Source: a virus. From it: a stretch of 64,000 nt of DNA. A program made the position numbers and the translations under genes. The stretch lies in the IMG/VR virus record IMGVR_UViG_3300042343_000347, one strand, 5' to 3'. The notes beneath the pieces are model-generated. The model saw only the letters and a list, made by a program, of their open reading frames with translations. It was not told the origin of the DNA and did not search any database. This document shows positions 28,281-37,520 of this stretch, one piece after another (position 1 is the first letter of the stretch; each line of letters begins with the position of its first letter).

Positions 28281-28949
28281 TTATATCCCTGATTTTATTT
28301 TATCGTAAAAGTCTATACCTGTCATGAAATCATAATCAGGCTGTAAATAATTAGATACATTTTTCTTTGCTTGCTTATCTCTATTATAATACTTTTTGAG
28401 GTAAGTTAACAGCACTAATTTTACCGGACTGTCGGTATTTCTGTTATATCGCGATTCTAAGTCAGTGTTCCATAAAGTTAGTTTTTTACCCAATCGATGT
28501 TGAACAAAACTTTTGAATGAGTCGGTGTAGTTATCATTCACTCGTATAAAGGTACAATTATCAGAATTTAATCCATTTAAAAAGTTCACTTGTAGTTCTG
28601 AGTGTTCGTCTAATGCACACTGATTGAATACGTAACATAATAACGCATCATTGTTCAATCGAACCGGGGTGTCGCTAGGGTTATTCTTCCTGTAAAAATG
28701 TTCGACCACTCCAGACATCCATCTTTCTAGAGGATCGCGGATAAGTACCAACATTTCTTTTTTCTTTAATTCTTTATTGGTTAGAAAATTATCATAGTGC
28801 CAATTAAAGTTATGCATTAAAATATATTCAGTGAATGAACTTGCATTTTTGGCTATAGGAATATAAACAAATCGCTCATCGTCCGAAACTACACAATGAC
28901 CGCGATTTTCAAATCCTATCTTGGATAATGTACCCTTTATCTTACTCAT
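28281..28949 (-). CDS. sulfotransferase family 2-like protein
   Basis: YIPIAKNASS (5'-PSB), IRDPLERWMSG (3'-PB). Confidence 0.7.
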   Translation of the reverse strand: MSKIKGTLSKIGFENRGHCVVSDDERFVYIPIAKNASSFTEYILMHNFNWHYDNFLTNKELKKKEMLVLIRDPLERWMSGVVEHFYRKNNPSDTPVRLNNDALLCYVFNQCALDEHSELQVNFLNGLNSDNCTFIRVNDNYTDSFKSFVQHRLGKKLTLWNTDLESRYNRNTDSPVKLVLLTYLKKYYNRDKQAKKNVSNYLQPDYDFMTGIDFYDKIKSGI

Positions 28950-29628
28950 GTTGAGGACCTTTATAAAACGTTAGTGTTTTAATAAAGTCATAGTCCGGCT
29001 TTAAGTAATCTTCTACTATGGCATTATATTTTGGGTAATCTTGAAAAAACTTTTTGAGTTTTTTAAGATTATTTTGTTTACCCGGCCTATCTTGAGTACG
29101 ATTGAACCATAATAGTTGATTCTCTTCTCGAAAGGCTCCGAAGTATGGATTTTCTGTGCCTTTCTTGTCCCAAAAACTATAGTTTTTATTTAGATCATTG
29201 ATGATAAAATATTTTAGTGTATCTTTATAGTTATCATCGAGGAACATAAACACGCACTCATCGGTGTCTAATCCTTCAAGGTAATTTACCTGTAGTTCAC
29301 TATGAGGATCTAATGCAAGTTGATGTAAAATATAGTGCATATTATTTTCTTGCATCTCAAGTTGTTGTAGATGAAAATGATGCACGATTCCCGAAAACCA
29401 TCTAGATAAAGGATCTCGTAATACTACTAATTTTTTCTTTTCTTTTAGATTTTCATTAGACTTAAAGTTATCTGTCTCGGTCCAGCCGCACATATAATTT
29501 AAAATCTGTATGGTATATCTACTGGCACATTTAGGCAATGGAACATAGATGTAGTCAGTATCATTCGCCGGCGTACATTTACCTAAGTCCCAACGTGCTA
29601 TCCTAGATTTAGGTGCTATTATTCTCAT
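28942..29628 (-). CDS. sulfotransferase family 2-like protein (tandem paralogue)
   Basis: YVPLPKCAS, LRDPLSRWFSG, HSELQVN shared with neighbour. Confidence 0.7.
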   Translation of the reverse strand: MRIIAPKSRIARWDLGKCTPANDTDYIYVPLPKCASRYTIQILNYMCGWTETDNFKSNENLKEKKKLVVLRDPLSRWFSGIVHHFHLQQLEMQENNMHYILHQLALDPHSELQVNYLEGLDTDECVFMFLDDNYKDTLKYFIINDLNKNYSFWDKKGTENPYFGAFREENQLLWFNRTQDRPGKQNNLKKLKKFFQDYPKYNAIVEDYLKPDYDFIKTLTFYKGPQHE

Positions 29629-29941
29629 CTTGTACTAATTTGATAATGATATCTAATTTCTCTTTAGCATCTTTTACTGCTGGATATTCTTTAGCGAGTT
29701 TTTCGATACGCTCATCTTCAACCATCTTTTTCTTAGCCCAGTCCATGATAGACTGCAATTGAGGGTCAGATGATAATTCTACCGAGTTGTCGATCTTGTA
29801 CCAAGATCCGCTAGCATTATCACATACCTCGAACTGCTTCGTGTTTCCGTTCCAACGCACTTGTCCACTCTGTGCTGGCAGTAGATATTGTCTATCTACT
29901 TGCCAGACTATGGGATTCTGATATGAATGGATCTTTATCAT
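29609..29941 (-). CDS. hypothetical phage protein
   Basis: GQVRWNG..FEV and WAKKKM motifs. Confidence 0.65.
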   Translation of the reverse strand: MIKIHSYQNPIVWQVDRQYLLPAQSGQVRWNGNTKQFEVCDNASGSWYKIDNSVELSSDPQLQSIMDWAKKKMVEDERIEKLAKEYPAVKDAKEKLDIIIKLVQDENNST

Positions 29942-30660
29942 TTTGCCTGTGCGGGGAGCAGATAGCGATATGTCGCACACAGTCCCTTCACAGTGATTTC
30001 AGTTGCGCCCTGATCGCTGATCTTGACTGTCTTATCGCCGGGCAAGTCCATGATGCTCATGAATACCTTTACAGGCCATGCCCACGAACGACTCAATGTA
30101 CCTTCTACATCAGGGTGAAATACAAAGTTACCGCTGTGTGTTGACGGGTCACCAAAGTAAATCTTAAGATCGCCCTTGTCAGTCTTAGTAGTGAAATGAA
30201 TCTCTTCGCTGTTTGCTTGAGCCTGCTTCTTCAATCGCATGATACCTGCAACAGTAGGTTCGAACTCAACGTCCCACTTAGCGCCCTTGAACTTGACATC
30301 TTTGACTTTTTCTTCGATGATAGCCTTGCCCATCAATCGATAGTCATTGACGAAATCACCAGCCTTAGTCTCAAAGTGAATAGCAGTAGGGACATCGTCC
30401 TTGTTACGTGTAACATTGATGACTGCATGTTCATCATAATCATCAAAACCAAGAATAGTCTTGAGTTTGCCTAAATTAGGCATACCGAACGTACCAATGA
30501 ATTCTGCTTGAGGAGTATCAAAAGTACCCTCAACGATAACGCTCTTGTCTTCTGCGATAGCAGAGATTACTGTCTGCTTGTCAGTACCTGCGACCTTGAC
30601 GAGTTCGATGACCCCCAAGCCAAATGTATGTTGAATCAAATCTTGTAAATTGTCTTTCAT
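29938..30660 (-). CDS. putative DNA sliding clamp (gp45/PCNA-like)
   Basis: 240 aa beta-rich, directly downstream of PolB, ends YRYLLPAQ like clamp C-termini. Confidence 0.55.
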   Translation of the reverse strand: MKDNLQDLIQHTFGLGVIELVKVAGTDKQTVISAIAEDKSVIVEGTFDTPQAEFIGTFGMPNLGKLKTILGFDDYDEHAVINVTRNKDDVPTAIHFETKAGDFVNDYRLMGKAIIEEKVKDVKFKGAKWDVEFEPTVAGIMRLKKQAQANSEEIHFTTKTDKGDLKIYFGDPSTHSGNFVFHPDVEGTLSRSWAWPVKVFMSIMDLPGDKTVKISDQGATEITVKGLCATYRYLLPAQAK

Positions 30661-30703
30661 GTGTTTCCTCTTTGTGTTAGATATTTAGGTAGAATCATTG
30701 TGT

Positions 30704-30732
30704 ATAATAGTGGATTTTATTGCAAAAGTCAA
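30704..30732 (-). promoter_or_regulatory. sigma70-type promoter
   Basis: TTGACT-17 nt-TATTAT. Confidence 0.6.
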
Positions 30733-30739
30733 ATACTTG

Positions 30740-33445
30740 TCATCCAAAACTAAACAAATCATCAAATGTCGAATTGGTGTCTGTGTTCTCTTCTAGTTCC
30801 CAATTCAACACTCCTAGAAGGTTATCGATCTTTTTATCGACCAATGTTTTTTCCATAGCACTATCATCGAATGGTAGTTCTATGAACCAGTTTGGTAATC
30901 GCAATTCATCAGTGGGATATGCTATGCTTGTGAAGTTCAACGGATTAGGCTTTAGTTTACATACCACTACCTTCATACCATCGACCATCTTCATGCTATA
31001 GTTGTCACCATTTACACGGCGTAGATAATTCCAGTTCAATGCCGCGCGAACGTGTCCGGGCATATTAGCCTTACCTGTCTTACTATTTGCTTCAAGATCA
31101 CCATATGTAGTTAAGTTGTTGACACTCTTGGGCGAACCCTTAGTCCAACTATCTTGCTTACCAAGTTCGATCTTGAATTGCTTGATGCGTTCAATGACAT
31201 CCTCTCTAGTCTTACCTGCGAGGACCATCTCAAGCACTTCAAACAAGAAGTCTTGCACATACTTGGGAGTATCTGCTCGTTTCAAGTCAAGACCCATAGC
31301 CTTGATCTTGCCTTGCTTCCCATCTTTGTCTAGTCGCTTACCTTCTTTATCATAGATGTTGATAGCATAACGCTTCTTAGTGATGAACAAACTACGATCA
31401 CCGACAAGTTCTCGACCACCTTTGATAACGCTTAATTTGCGGGGCACATGAAATGACCGTTCCATGAAACTGGGGAAGCCTTCGTTGACTTGATCAGCGA
31501 CACTATCATATAGAGCAACAGCCAAATCTTTATTGAATTCGACTTCGTTATTAGCGATCTGTTCTTTTAAAATAGGATACGCGCTAAAGTAACATGAGTC
31601 AGTATCACCATAAACGATTGAATCACCAGTATGATCATACTTGCCTGCAATGATCTCATTGATATGCGAACTCATATGTTTCACAATCTGGCGACCACTC
31701 AATGTGACGCTCTGACCTATGCGCTTATCATAGAAACGACAATGCTCGTTCAACAATGCACCATATGCAGAGTTAAGCAAAATCTTGCGAACCAATTGAC
31801 GCTTATCCCAGTATTCGATATCTTCTTTCGTTTTGCTCTCTTTTAACTTCTTCTGCATGTCTTTACGATCACTATACCAGCGTGTCAATAGTCCTGGGAT
31901 CACGCCTTCTTGATCGCTACGGAAGATAGTACCATTCGCGCTCAAGATATATGGCTTGTTGCTGTCAAAGATCAATTTCCATACTTCTGCCGCAGACATC
32001 TCTACGCTCTCGCCACTCTCAAAGTCAACTGTGAGCATAGTACCACGCTCTTGATTCATGACTGCTTCATATTCAAGACTGCCGAACAAGCCTTCCCAAA
32101 GCAACGAACTCATCTCAAGATCATCATCTTCGTCATAGCGTTTCTTTTCGCTTGCTAATCTTCGTGCTTTCTCAGTGAGGTGATGCTCAGTCAATGTAGG
32201 ACGCAATTGTGCAACGATAGTCTCGGGAGCCATGTTCAATGAACGAATGGCGCTAGGATACAGACTGTTGATATCGATAGCAGCCACATATTCGTGTATG
32301 CCTTTCTTTGGCACAGCGACATATGCACCGGCTGCAGCCATATCACTTTCTTTTGCATTTCTCTTTTTATCAGGAACCATCATGCCGCGCTCATGCGCTT
32401 CGTTCATGATAGCCATCTCAATCATCGCTACTGAACCCATGACTGTTGGCAACAGTACTGTATTCTCATGCGCTAGTGCGTTAGCAAGATCAAGGAACTT
32501 GAGTTTGTTGTGGATCTTTACAAGCAACATAGTATCCTGTCTGTTGTATTCAATAAACTTCTTGAAGTCCTTGTTATAGAGTTGGTCAAGAGTACCTTCA
32601 TACTGTGTCTTATTCTCACCGACTTCCATCTCACCGATGAAATCTAGTTTATAACTGTGACGGCTTTCGTAGTTGTACTTCTTATACAACTGTAGATAGT
32701 CCATATGAATACGACCAACAAGGTCATATGTCACTTCTTCTTTGCCGAAACGTTCATATGTCCTTGATTTAGGAGTCTGCCCAAGCAAGCAGAATTTGCG
32801 TGTATCATCTTTGCTCATGATACGTGTGACACGATTGACCATGTAGGGTATATCGTATCCTTCTGAGTTCCAGCCTGTGAGTACGTCTGCATCTTTGATC
32901 AACTCAAAGAATGTCTCAAACATCTCAATCTCTGACCTGAACAATATAGTATTACCTAAGTCAGTAGTCAAGTCATGCGCAGTTTCATCGCTCATGTGCT
33001 TGGGCGGGATAGCAAGTGTGACAAGTGTATCTTGCCAATCCAAGTACATTGAGATAGCCGTGACCGGATTGAAAGGATCACTCGTTGGACTAAAGCCCTT
33101 CTCTGGGTCAAAGTCTACCTCAATGTCAAAGAAACATGTATGGAGTTTTGGAGGCTCACTGCCTAAGTAGTTTTCACTTAGACAGCGGAACACCACATTG
33201 ATGTCCGATTCAAACAGTTTCTTATTGCTGTGGATTCGTTTTTCTTTTTCGAACTCAGTACGCTTTCTTGTGCTGAAGCGTGATATGGGATCGCCATATA
33301 TACTGCGATATTTACCCTTAGGGTCAGTATAATACAAAGTATAGTTGGCAGGAAACTCGTTGTATGTGCGCTTGCCGTCAGGCTGTCGCTCTACGACAAA
33401 TATCCTGTCGCTGTCTCTATCGTGAATCGCGTCAACGTAACTCAT
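30740..33445 (-). CDS. family B DNA polymerase
   Basis: ExoI FDIEV, ExoII GWNSEGYDIPY, ExoIII YNRQD, DINSLYPS, KILLNSAYG, YGDTDS, KKRY. Confidence 0.97.
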   Translation of the reverse strand: MSYVDAIHDRDSDRIFVVERQPDGKRTYNEFPANYTLYYTDPKGKYRSIYGDPISRFSTRKRTEFEKEKRIHSNKKLFESDINVVFRCLSENYLGSEPPKLHTCFFDIEVDFDPEKGFSPTSDPFNPVTAISMYLDWQDTLVTLAIPPKHMSDETAHDLTTDLGNTILFRSEIEMFETFFELIKDADVLTGWNSEGYDIPYMVNRVTRIMSKDDTRKFCLLGQTPKSRTYERFGKEEVTYDLVGRIHMDYLQLYKKYNYESRHSYKLDFIGEMEVGENKTQYEGTLDQLYNKDFKKFIEYNRQDTMLLVKIHNKLKFLDLANALAHENTVLLPTVMGSVAMIEMAIMNEAHERGMMVPDKKRNAKESDMAAAGAYVAVPKKGIHEYVAAIDINSLYPSAIRSLNMAPETIVAQLRPTLTEHHLTEKARRLASEKKRYDEDDDLEMSSLLWEGLFGSLEYEAVMNQERGTMLTVDFESGESVEMSAAEVWKLIFDSNKPYILSANGTIFRSDQEGVIPGLLTRWYSDRKDMQKKLKESKTKEDIEYWDKRQLVRKILLNSAYGALLNEHCRFYDKRIGQSVTLSGRQIVKHMSSHINEIIAGKYDHTGDSIVYGDTDSCYFSAYPILKEQIANNEVEFNKDLAVALYDSVADQVNEGFPSFMERSFHVPRKLSVIKGGRELVGDRSLFITKKRYAINIYDKEGKRLDKDGKQGKIKAMGLDLKRADTPKYVQDFLFEVLEMVLAGKTREDVIERIKQFKIELGKQDSWTKGSPKSVNNLTTYGDLEANSKTGKANMPGHVRAALNWNYLRRVNGDNYSMKMVDGMKVVVCKLKPNPLNFTSIAYPTDELRLPNWFIELPFDDSAMEKTLVDKKIDNLLGVLNWELEENTDTNSTFDDLFSFG

Positions 33446-34061
33446 TCTTTATTCTATTATAAATTTGTTCTGCTTGCAACCTGTTGCTTTCCATACCGGG
33501 ATGCCTGCCGTCTAATGCATAGTCATCCATTATCAATATCATATCCCAGAAATTTTTTAGATTCAGTGTGCTAGGTGGTCTTTCTTGACAACCATCTTGT
33601 ACACCATGAAAATAAAAATTCTTTATATTTCTTGAGGTCAGATACAACTCTACGTGCTGTATGGCTAACCAATTGTACCAATAATATTTTTCTTTCAAGA
33701 AAGGCTCATCGATCTCGGACATTATCAATCTTTTATGCTCAGGCGTGTCCTTGTTAATCAACGTAGCGTTTCCTTCTGACATATCATTAAATTGATGACA
33801 GAAATACCTATCAAAATATGAGAAGGCAGTGATAACTATATCGTCAGGATATAGTTCTGCTTTAAGAACCTTCATCATGATCGCTAGATTACCTATACCA
33901 GCATTGGCTAGGTTGACACACTCTATTCCCAGTTTATTAGCGACCATGTTGGGCCAGCCCAACTTGCTAGGTGTCAGTGCCGGGAGATTAGGGGGTATAT
34001 GACAATCTGGTAGTGCGTGTCCATATACAAAAGAACACCCGAACGTCACTAATCTAGGCAT
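33432..34061 (-). CDS. SGNH/GDSL-like hydrolase-fold protein (paralogue 4)
   Basis: FGCSFVYG, NLANAGIGN, DGRHPG (DxxH). Confidence 0.6.
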   Translation of the reverse strand: MPRLVTFGCSFVYGHALPDCHIPPNLPALTPSKLGWPNMVANKLGIECVNLANAGIGNLAIMMKVLKAELYPDDIVITAFSYFDRYFCHQFNDMSEGNATLINKDTPEHKRLIMSEIDEPFLKEKYYWYNWLAIQHVELYLTSRNIKNFYFHGVQDGCQERPPSTLNLKNFWDMILIMDDYALDGRHPGMESNRLQAEQIYNRIKNELR

Positions 34062-34344
34062 TCAATACCCTCACTAATCCTACAGTGTCTATGACCGTCA
34101 ACAACATATAATTTGCTAACATGCCAAAACTACTACGTGTCCATGCAGCCCATGCATACATAGCGCACCCCATTATCCACAATGTGTATAACAATACTAA
34201 AGGTGGATTAGGTACAGTCAATGCCATCAATAATGAACAGCCTATGCTGATCATCCAGGCTATGACTTCTATGAAGAAACGGAATCGATTGGATCTGTAA
34301 TCGTCAAGTATCCAATTGAAAACGTCACGAAAAATATCGATCAC
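34054..34344 (-). CDS. small multi-pass membrane protein
   Basis: three hydrophobic helices. Confidence 0.7.
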   Translation of the reverse strand: MIDIFRDVFNWILDDYRSNRFRFFIEVIAWMISIGCSLLMALTVPNPPLVLLYTLWIMGCAMYAWAAWTRSSFGMLANYMLLTVIDTVGLVRVLNA

Positions 34345-34601
34345 AATGTTTTCCCGACTGTCTCCAAGATAGTGTTGAGTTCTTCGTTTTCTTTGTTAGT
34401 CTCACCTAGTCGTGCCTTATAGGCTACGCGAATTGCCTTCTTAAGGATGCTTGGCTTGACTTCAAGTTCTTCTGCGATAGCCTTGACTGTATCAGTCAGG
34501 CCCTCTTGCAATGTCTCAACTTCTTGCATGACTGCCATGCCCTCGTTGATAAGTTGCGTGAGTTTGATTTTTGCTTCGTTATTAAAAGTGCGTGTTGACA
34601 T
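34341..34601 (-). CDS. dsDNA-binding protein (T4 DsbA-like)
   Basis: 86 aa helical; KAIAEELEVKPSILKKAIRVAYK. Confidence 0.55.
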   Translation of the reverse strand: MSTRTFNNEAKIKLTQLINEGMAVMQEVETLQEGLTDTVKAIAEELEVKPSILKKAIRVAYKARLGETNKENEELNTILETVGKTL

Positions 34602-34628
34602 TAGATTACTCCTCTATGTGAATTAGTT

Positions 34629-34657
34629 AGTATACTACACTGTTGTAAATAAGTCAA
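34629..34657 (-). promoter_or_regulatory. sigma70-type promoter
   Basis: TTGACT-17 nt-TATACT. Confidence 0.7.
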
Positions 34658-34674
34658 ACTTTTTACGTCCAAAC

Positions 34675-34923
34675 CTATTGATATTTCAGTTTTAGGAACA
34701 TATATTCCTCTTCTTTCATGGAAATGATTGCATCTTTGGAACTTGTGAGTTTTACTTTATAACCAAATGTTTCAAACTTCCTAAGTACTTGCGTTTTTAT
34801 CTCTTCGGGTCTAGTCTTAGAAAAATTAGTAACTAGATAGTTCCTGAATTCAGGATCCATACTATCCACCTTTTCATAGATATAAGCCCATAACCATTGA
34901 TTTTTATTTAGGCTGACTAGCAT
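34675..34923 (-). CDS. hypothetical protein
   Basis: 82 aa ending FLKLKY. Confidence 0.6.
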   Translation of the reverse strand: MLVSLNKNQWLWAYIYEKVDSMDPEFRNYLVTNFSKTRPEEIKTQVLRKFETFGYKVKLTSSKDAIISMKEEEYMFLKLKYQ

Positions 34924-35503
34924 CTAGGATTAATTTTTTGATGACTTTCTCAATACCGGGATTGACATGATATACATGCTCGACCATATGCTTCCTAATA
35001 TAGTTTCGCATGTACTTGTCGTCATGATTAGACTTGTCTTCTCTCCACTCTAACCCTTTACGCATACACCAGTCAATGAATTCTTGTTTGGGATTTAGCA
35101 AGAAAGGTCTGTGTACATTTTTACGTGTATCGGGAATAACTTTAGGTTCTCCGTGCATAGCAGACCAAATATATGTCTCAATGCAGTCGTTCAAATGATG
35201 ACCAGTGACAACATATTCAAATTGTTCTAAGAAACGATAACGCTCATTGCGCCAGTGTTCTTCCCAACTATGATCTTTGGGTTTTTCGTTACGGATATAA
35301 CCAATATGTAATGAGATGTTTCTACTACTACAATGATGGAAAACAAAGTCGTAAGCATTGTCGCTGGCTTCAGTACCGTGATGAAAAAATGCCGCATCAA
35401 CTTCATGATTGTTGCTCAGAAAATCTAAGATGGCAACGCTATCCACACCACCGCTAAATGCGACAGTGATTTTTCGAGGCAACTTATGAAGTAATTGGAT
35501 CAT
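34904..35503 (-). CDS. tilS: tRNA(Ile)-lysidine synthetase, catalytic domain only
   Basis: PP-loop AFSGGVDS, RNERY, TGHHLND..ET, RPFL, EDKSN...YMRNYIR. Confidence 0.85.
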   Translation of the reverse strand: MIQLLHKLPRKITVAFSGGVDSVAILDFLSNNHEVDAAFFHHGTEASDNAYDFVFHHCSSRNISLHIGYIRNEKPKDHSWEEHWRNERYRFLEQFEYVVTGHHLNDCIETYIWSAMHGEPKVIPDTRKNVHRPFLLNPKQEFIDWCMRKGLEWREDKSNHDDKYMRNYIRKHMVEHVYHVNPGIEKVIKKLILDASQPK

Positions 35504-35509
35504 ACCTAT

Positions 35510-35538
35510 ATTATACGATATAGGATATGGATTTGCAA
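35510..35538 (-). promoter_or_regulatory. sigma70-type promoter for tilS
   Basis: TTGCAA-17 nt-TATAAT, ATG 6 nt downstream. Confidence 0.65.
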
Positions 35539-35541
35539 CTT

Positions 35542-35925
35542 TTATTGGAAAATGTGGTGATTCTTTTCGCCGTAAATCTTGATGTATTTTCCGGCTAGCA
35601 TATCTGCCATGCTCTCGACTGGGCTGCCGGGATAACTGTCCCCGTGATCGACCATGTCTAATTCACCCTGACGAACGTGAACCAATTCATGAAATACGGT
35701 GCGTAATATGTCTACAAGGTTTCGATTTTTAGCATAAACCCAAATAGTATCTCCACCGATCATATGCCCACCGGTATGATGGTTATTCTGGGCTTCTTCC
35801 GTATCCATGCTTAATTCAATCTTGGGCGGATCGCTAATATTGAGTTTGCCGCATGCCCACTTAGCAAATTTATTTACTTCGCTAGGTATGTCTGCTCTGG
35901 ATCTGACGAAATCTTCTGTGCGCAT
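35542..35925 (-). CDS. zincin-like metallopeptidase domain protein
   Basis: RTVFHELVHVRQ (HExxH) and downstream E..AD. Confidence 0.65.
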   Translation of the reverse strand: MRTEDFVRSRADIPSEVNKFAKWACGKLNISDPPKIELSMDTEEAQNNHHTGGHMIGGDTIWVYAKNRNLVDILRTVFHELVHVRQGELDMVDHGDSYPGSPVESMADMLAGKYIKIYGEKNHHIFQ

Positions 35926-35930
35926 TGTAG

Positions 35931-35938
35931 TATTTATA
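35931..35938 (-). promoter_or_regulatory. T4-type late promoter
   Basis: TATAAATA 5 nt upstream of ATG. Confidence 0.65.
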
Positions 35939-36713
35939 CTTTGTACCCTTTGGCAACCATAGCATCACGTATCAATAATGCTAACTGCATATGTCCTTGA
36001 ATTCCCGGATGTGGATCTTCGCCACTCACCCTACCATACTCCCAAAATGGTTTAGCATGGTGTAATTTAGGATCTCTGATATCGTCTAACACGTTGAAGT
36101 TATTGTATAACGCATCCCTGTGATGTTCGGGCCAATTATGCCATAAATGACTTTGATGCCAAATATAAAATTCTTTCACCCCAAAAGCATCAAACATTCC
36201 TTTGAGTGCATAAGCATAACTGATAGTTCTATAAAAATCTTCTATAGGATGAGTTTCTGATATCTTTCTTGTAGCCTCTTCCCTGAGTTCTCGCAATCTT
36301 CCTAGGCTTCTATGATGCCTATCGTAAGTATATTGTATGTCTGTGCAAACTACATCGATCTTACAATTAACCCAGTAAGCCTGATTATCTTCCCATGCTT
36401 CTTTAGTACTGAGTGGATCATATTTTTCAAATCTAGACCACTCAGTAAATTGAATCACAGCAACAGTCCGCGCTAATTCTTCGGGTGTTTTGCTTAACAA
36501 CCAATTATAAGTTTTTCTTAATACACGTTGATTACTTCCACAACCGTTAGCAAGGTTGTAAACTTCATCAGCATGTAATAATGACCCTAGGTGATGTGGC
36601 CATAATAAAGAAAGCCTTCTATCATGGTCAGGTAAACCATTATGGGCATGAATAAAATGTGGTTCTAGTCCCCCACCCGCAGTCCAACTGCATCCATTAG
36701 TATATAGTATCAT
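35934..36713 (-). CDS. SGNH/GDSL-like hydrolase-fold protein (paralogue 5)
   Basis: NGCSWTAG, NLANGCGSN, EDPHPG..GH. Confidence 0.6.
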   Translation of the reverse strand: MILYTNGCSWTAGGGLEPHFIHAHNGLPDHDRRLSLLWPHHLGSLLHADEVYNLANGCGSNQRVLRKTYNWLLSKTPEELARTVAVIQFTEWSRFEKYDPLSTKEAWEDNQAYWVNCKIDVVCTDIQYTYDRHHRSLGRLRELREEATRKISETHPIEDFYRTISYAYALKGMFDAFGVKEFYIWHQSHLWHNWPEHHRDALYNNFNVLDDIRDPKLHHAKPFWEYGRVSGEDPHPGIQGHMQLALLIRDAMVAKGYKV

Positions 36714-36732
36714 GTAGATATTTATTTACGTA

Positions 36733-37320
36733 TTATTTTGCTAATGGATTTTCCCAAGCCTTCTTGATCTTGTCGTCTACTTTTCTCTCAAGTTCCTTCA
36801 ATTTAGCATCTGACTCACGTTCTAGGGCTCTGATTCTATTCTGTAGATCACGCTCAGTATCACCTAAACGCTTATCGCTTTGATTCACAAAACCACGAGT
36901 ATCACGGTCTAACTCACGACCTCTACGCTCGGCTGCATCAACTGCCGCTTCGACACGATCTATATCCGCTTTTAGATCACTTCTGATACCGCGGGTCATG
37001 TCTTGATTCTGTTGAACCAGTATGACTAAACTTTCTTGACTCTTTTCTAACTTAGTCAATCGTGTCTCAATAGCAGTAAAATCAGGGCTTACATAATTAG
37101 CGATAGCATCCTTCATGTTCATGTAATCTTTATAAAACTCAAACGTAGCATAAAGACCACCGAGTACTGTTGATAATATACCGGCTGCTATCATCAATTT
37201 AGCAGGGGTGAAATTATAACCACCTACGCTGATGACTGTGTTCTCACTTAGATATTTTTCTTTAGCCGCTTCAAGTTCATCTACTTTAGCGTCAATGTCT
37301 GTCTTCTTTTTATTTGTCAT
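36733..37320 (-). CDS. membrane-anchored coiled-coil protein
   Basis: single TM helix then long heptad region ending NPLAK. Confidence 0.75.
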   Translation of the reverse strand: MTNKKKTDIDAKVDELEAAKEKYLSENTVISVGGYNFTPAKLMIAAGILSTVLGGLYATFEFYKDYMNMKDAIANYVSPDFTAIETRLTKLEKSQESLVILVQQNQDMTRGIRSDLKADIDRVEAAVDAAERRGRELDRDTRGFVNQSDKRLGDTERDLQNRIRALERESDAKLKELERKVDDKIKKAWENPLAK

Positions 37321-37334
37321 TTTTTATTTTCTCC

Positions 37335-37520
37335 TTAATCCCAGAAACCCTTTTTTGTTTCTTCTAAGTAGGCTTGGGTTCTTAATTTAATACTACTAGG
37401 TGATGATGGTACACCCATATAGTTCGTTATGATCTCTCCCTTGCATCTTTCATATTCTTCTTTTTGCTCAGGTGTCATGTCCTTATAATCTTTAAATTCA
37501 TACCATTTTGGTTTTCTCAT
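37335..37520 (-). CDS. hypothetical protein
   Basis: 61 aa in operon. Confidence 0.55.
   Translation of the reverse strand: MRKPKWYEFKDYKDMTPEQKEEYERCKGEIITNYMGVPSSPSSIKLRTQAYLEETKKGFWD

Noticed and set aside
30740-33445. Intein or intron in the DNA polymerase
   Set aside because: ORF is continuous; the insert after motif A lacks intein C/S start, HN end and LAGLIDADG signatures
34904-35503. PP-loop ATPase as the missing QueC
   Set aside because: Has TilS-specific motifs (HHLND..ET, EDxSN...RN.IR) and lacks the QueC C-terminal zinc cysteine cluster
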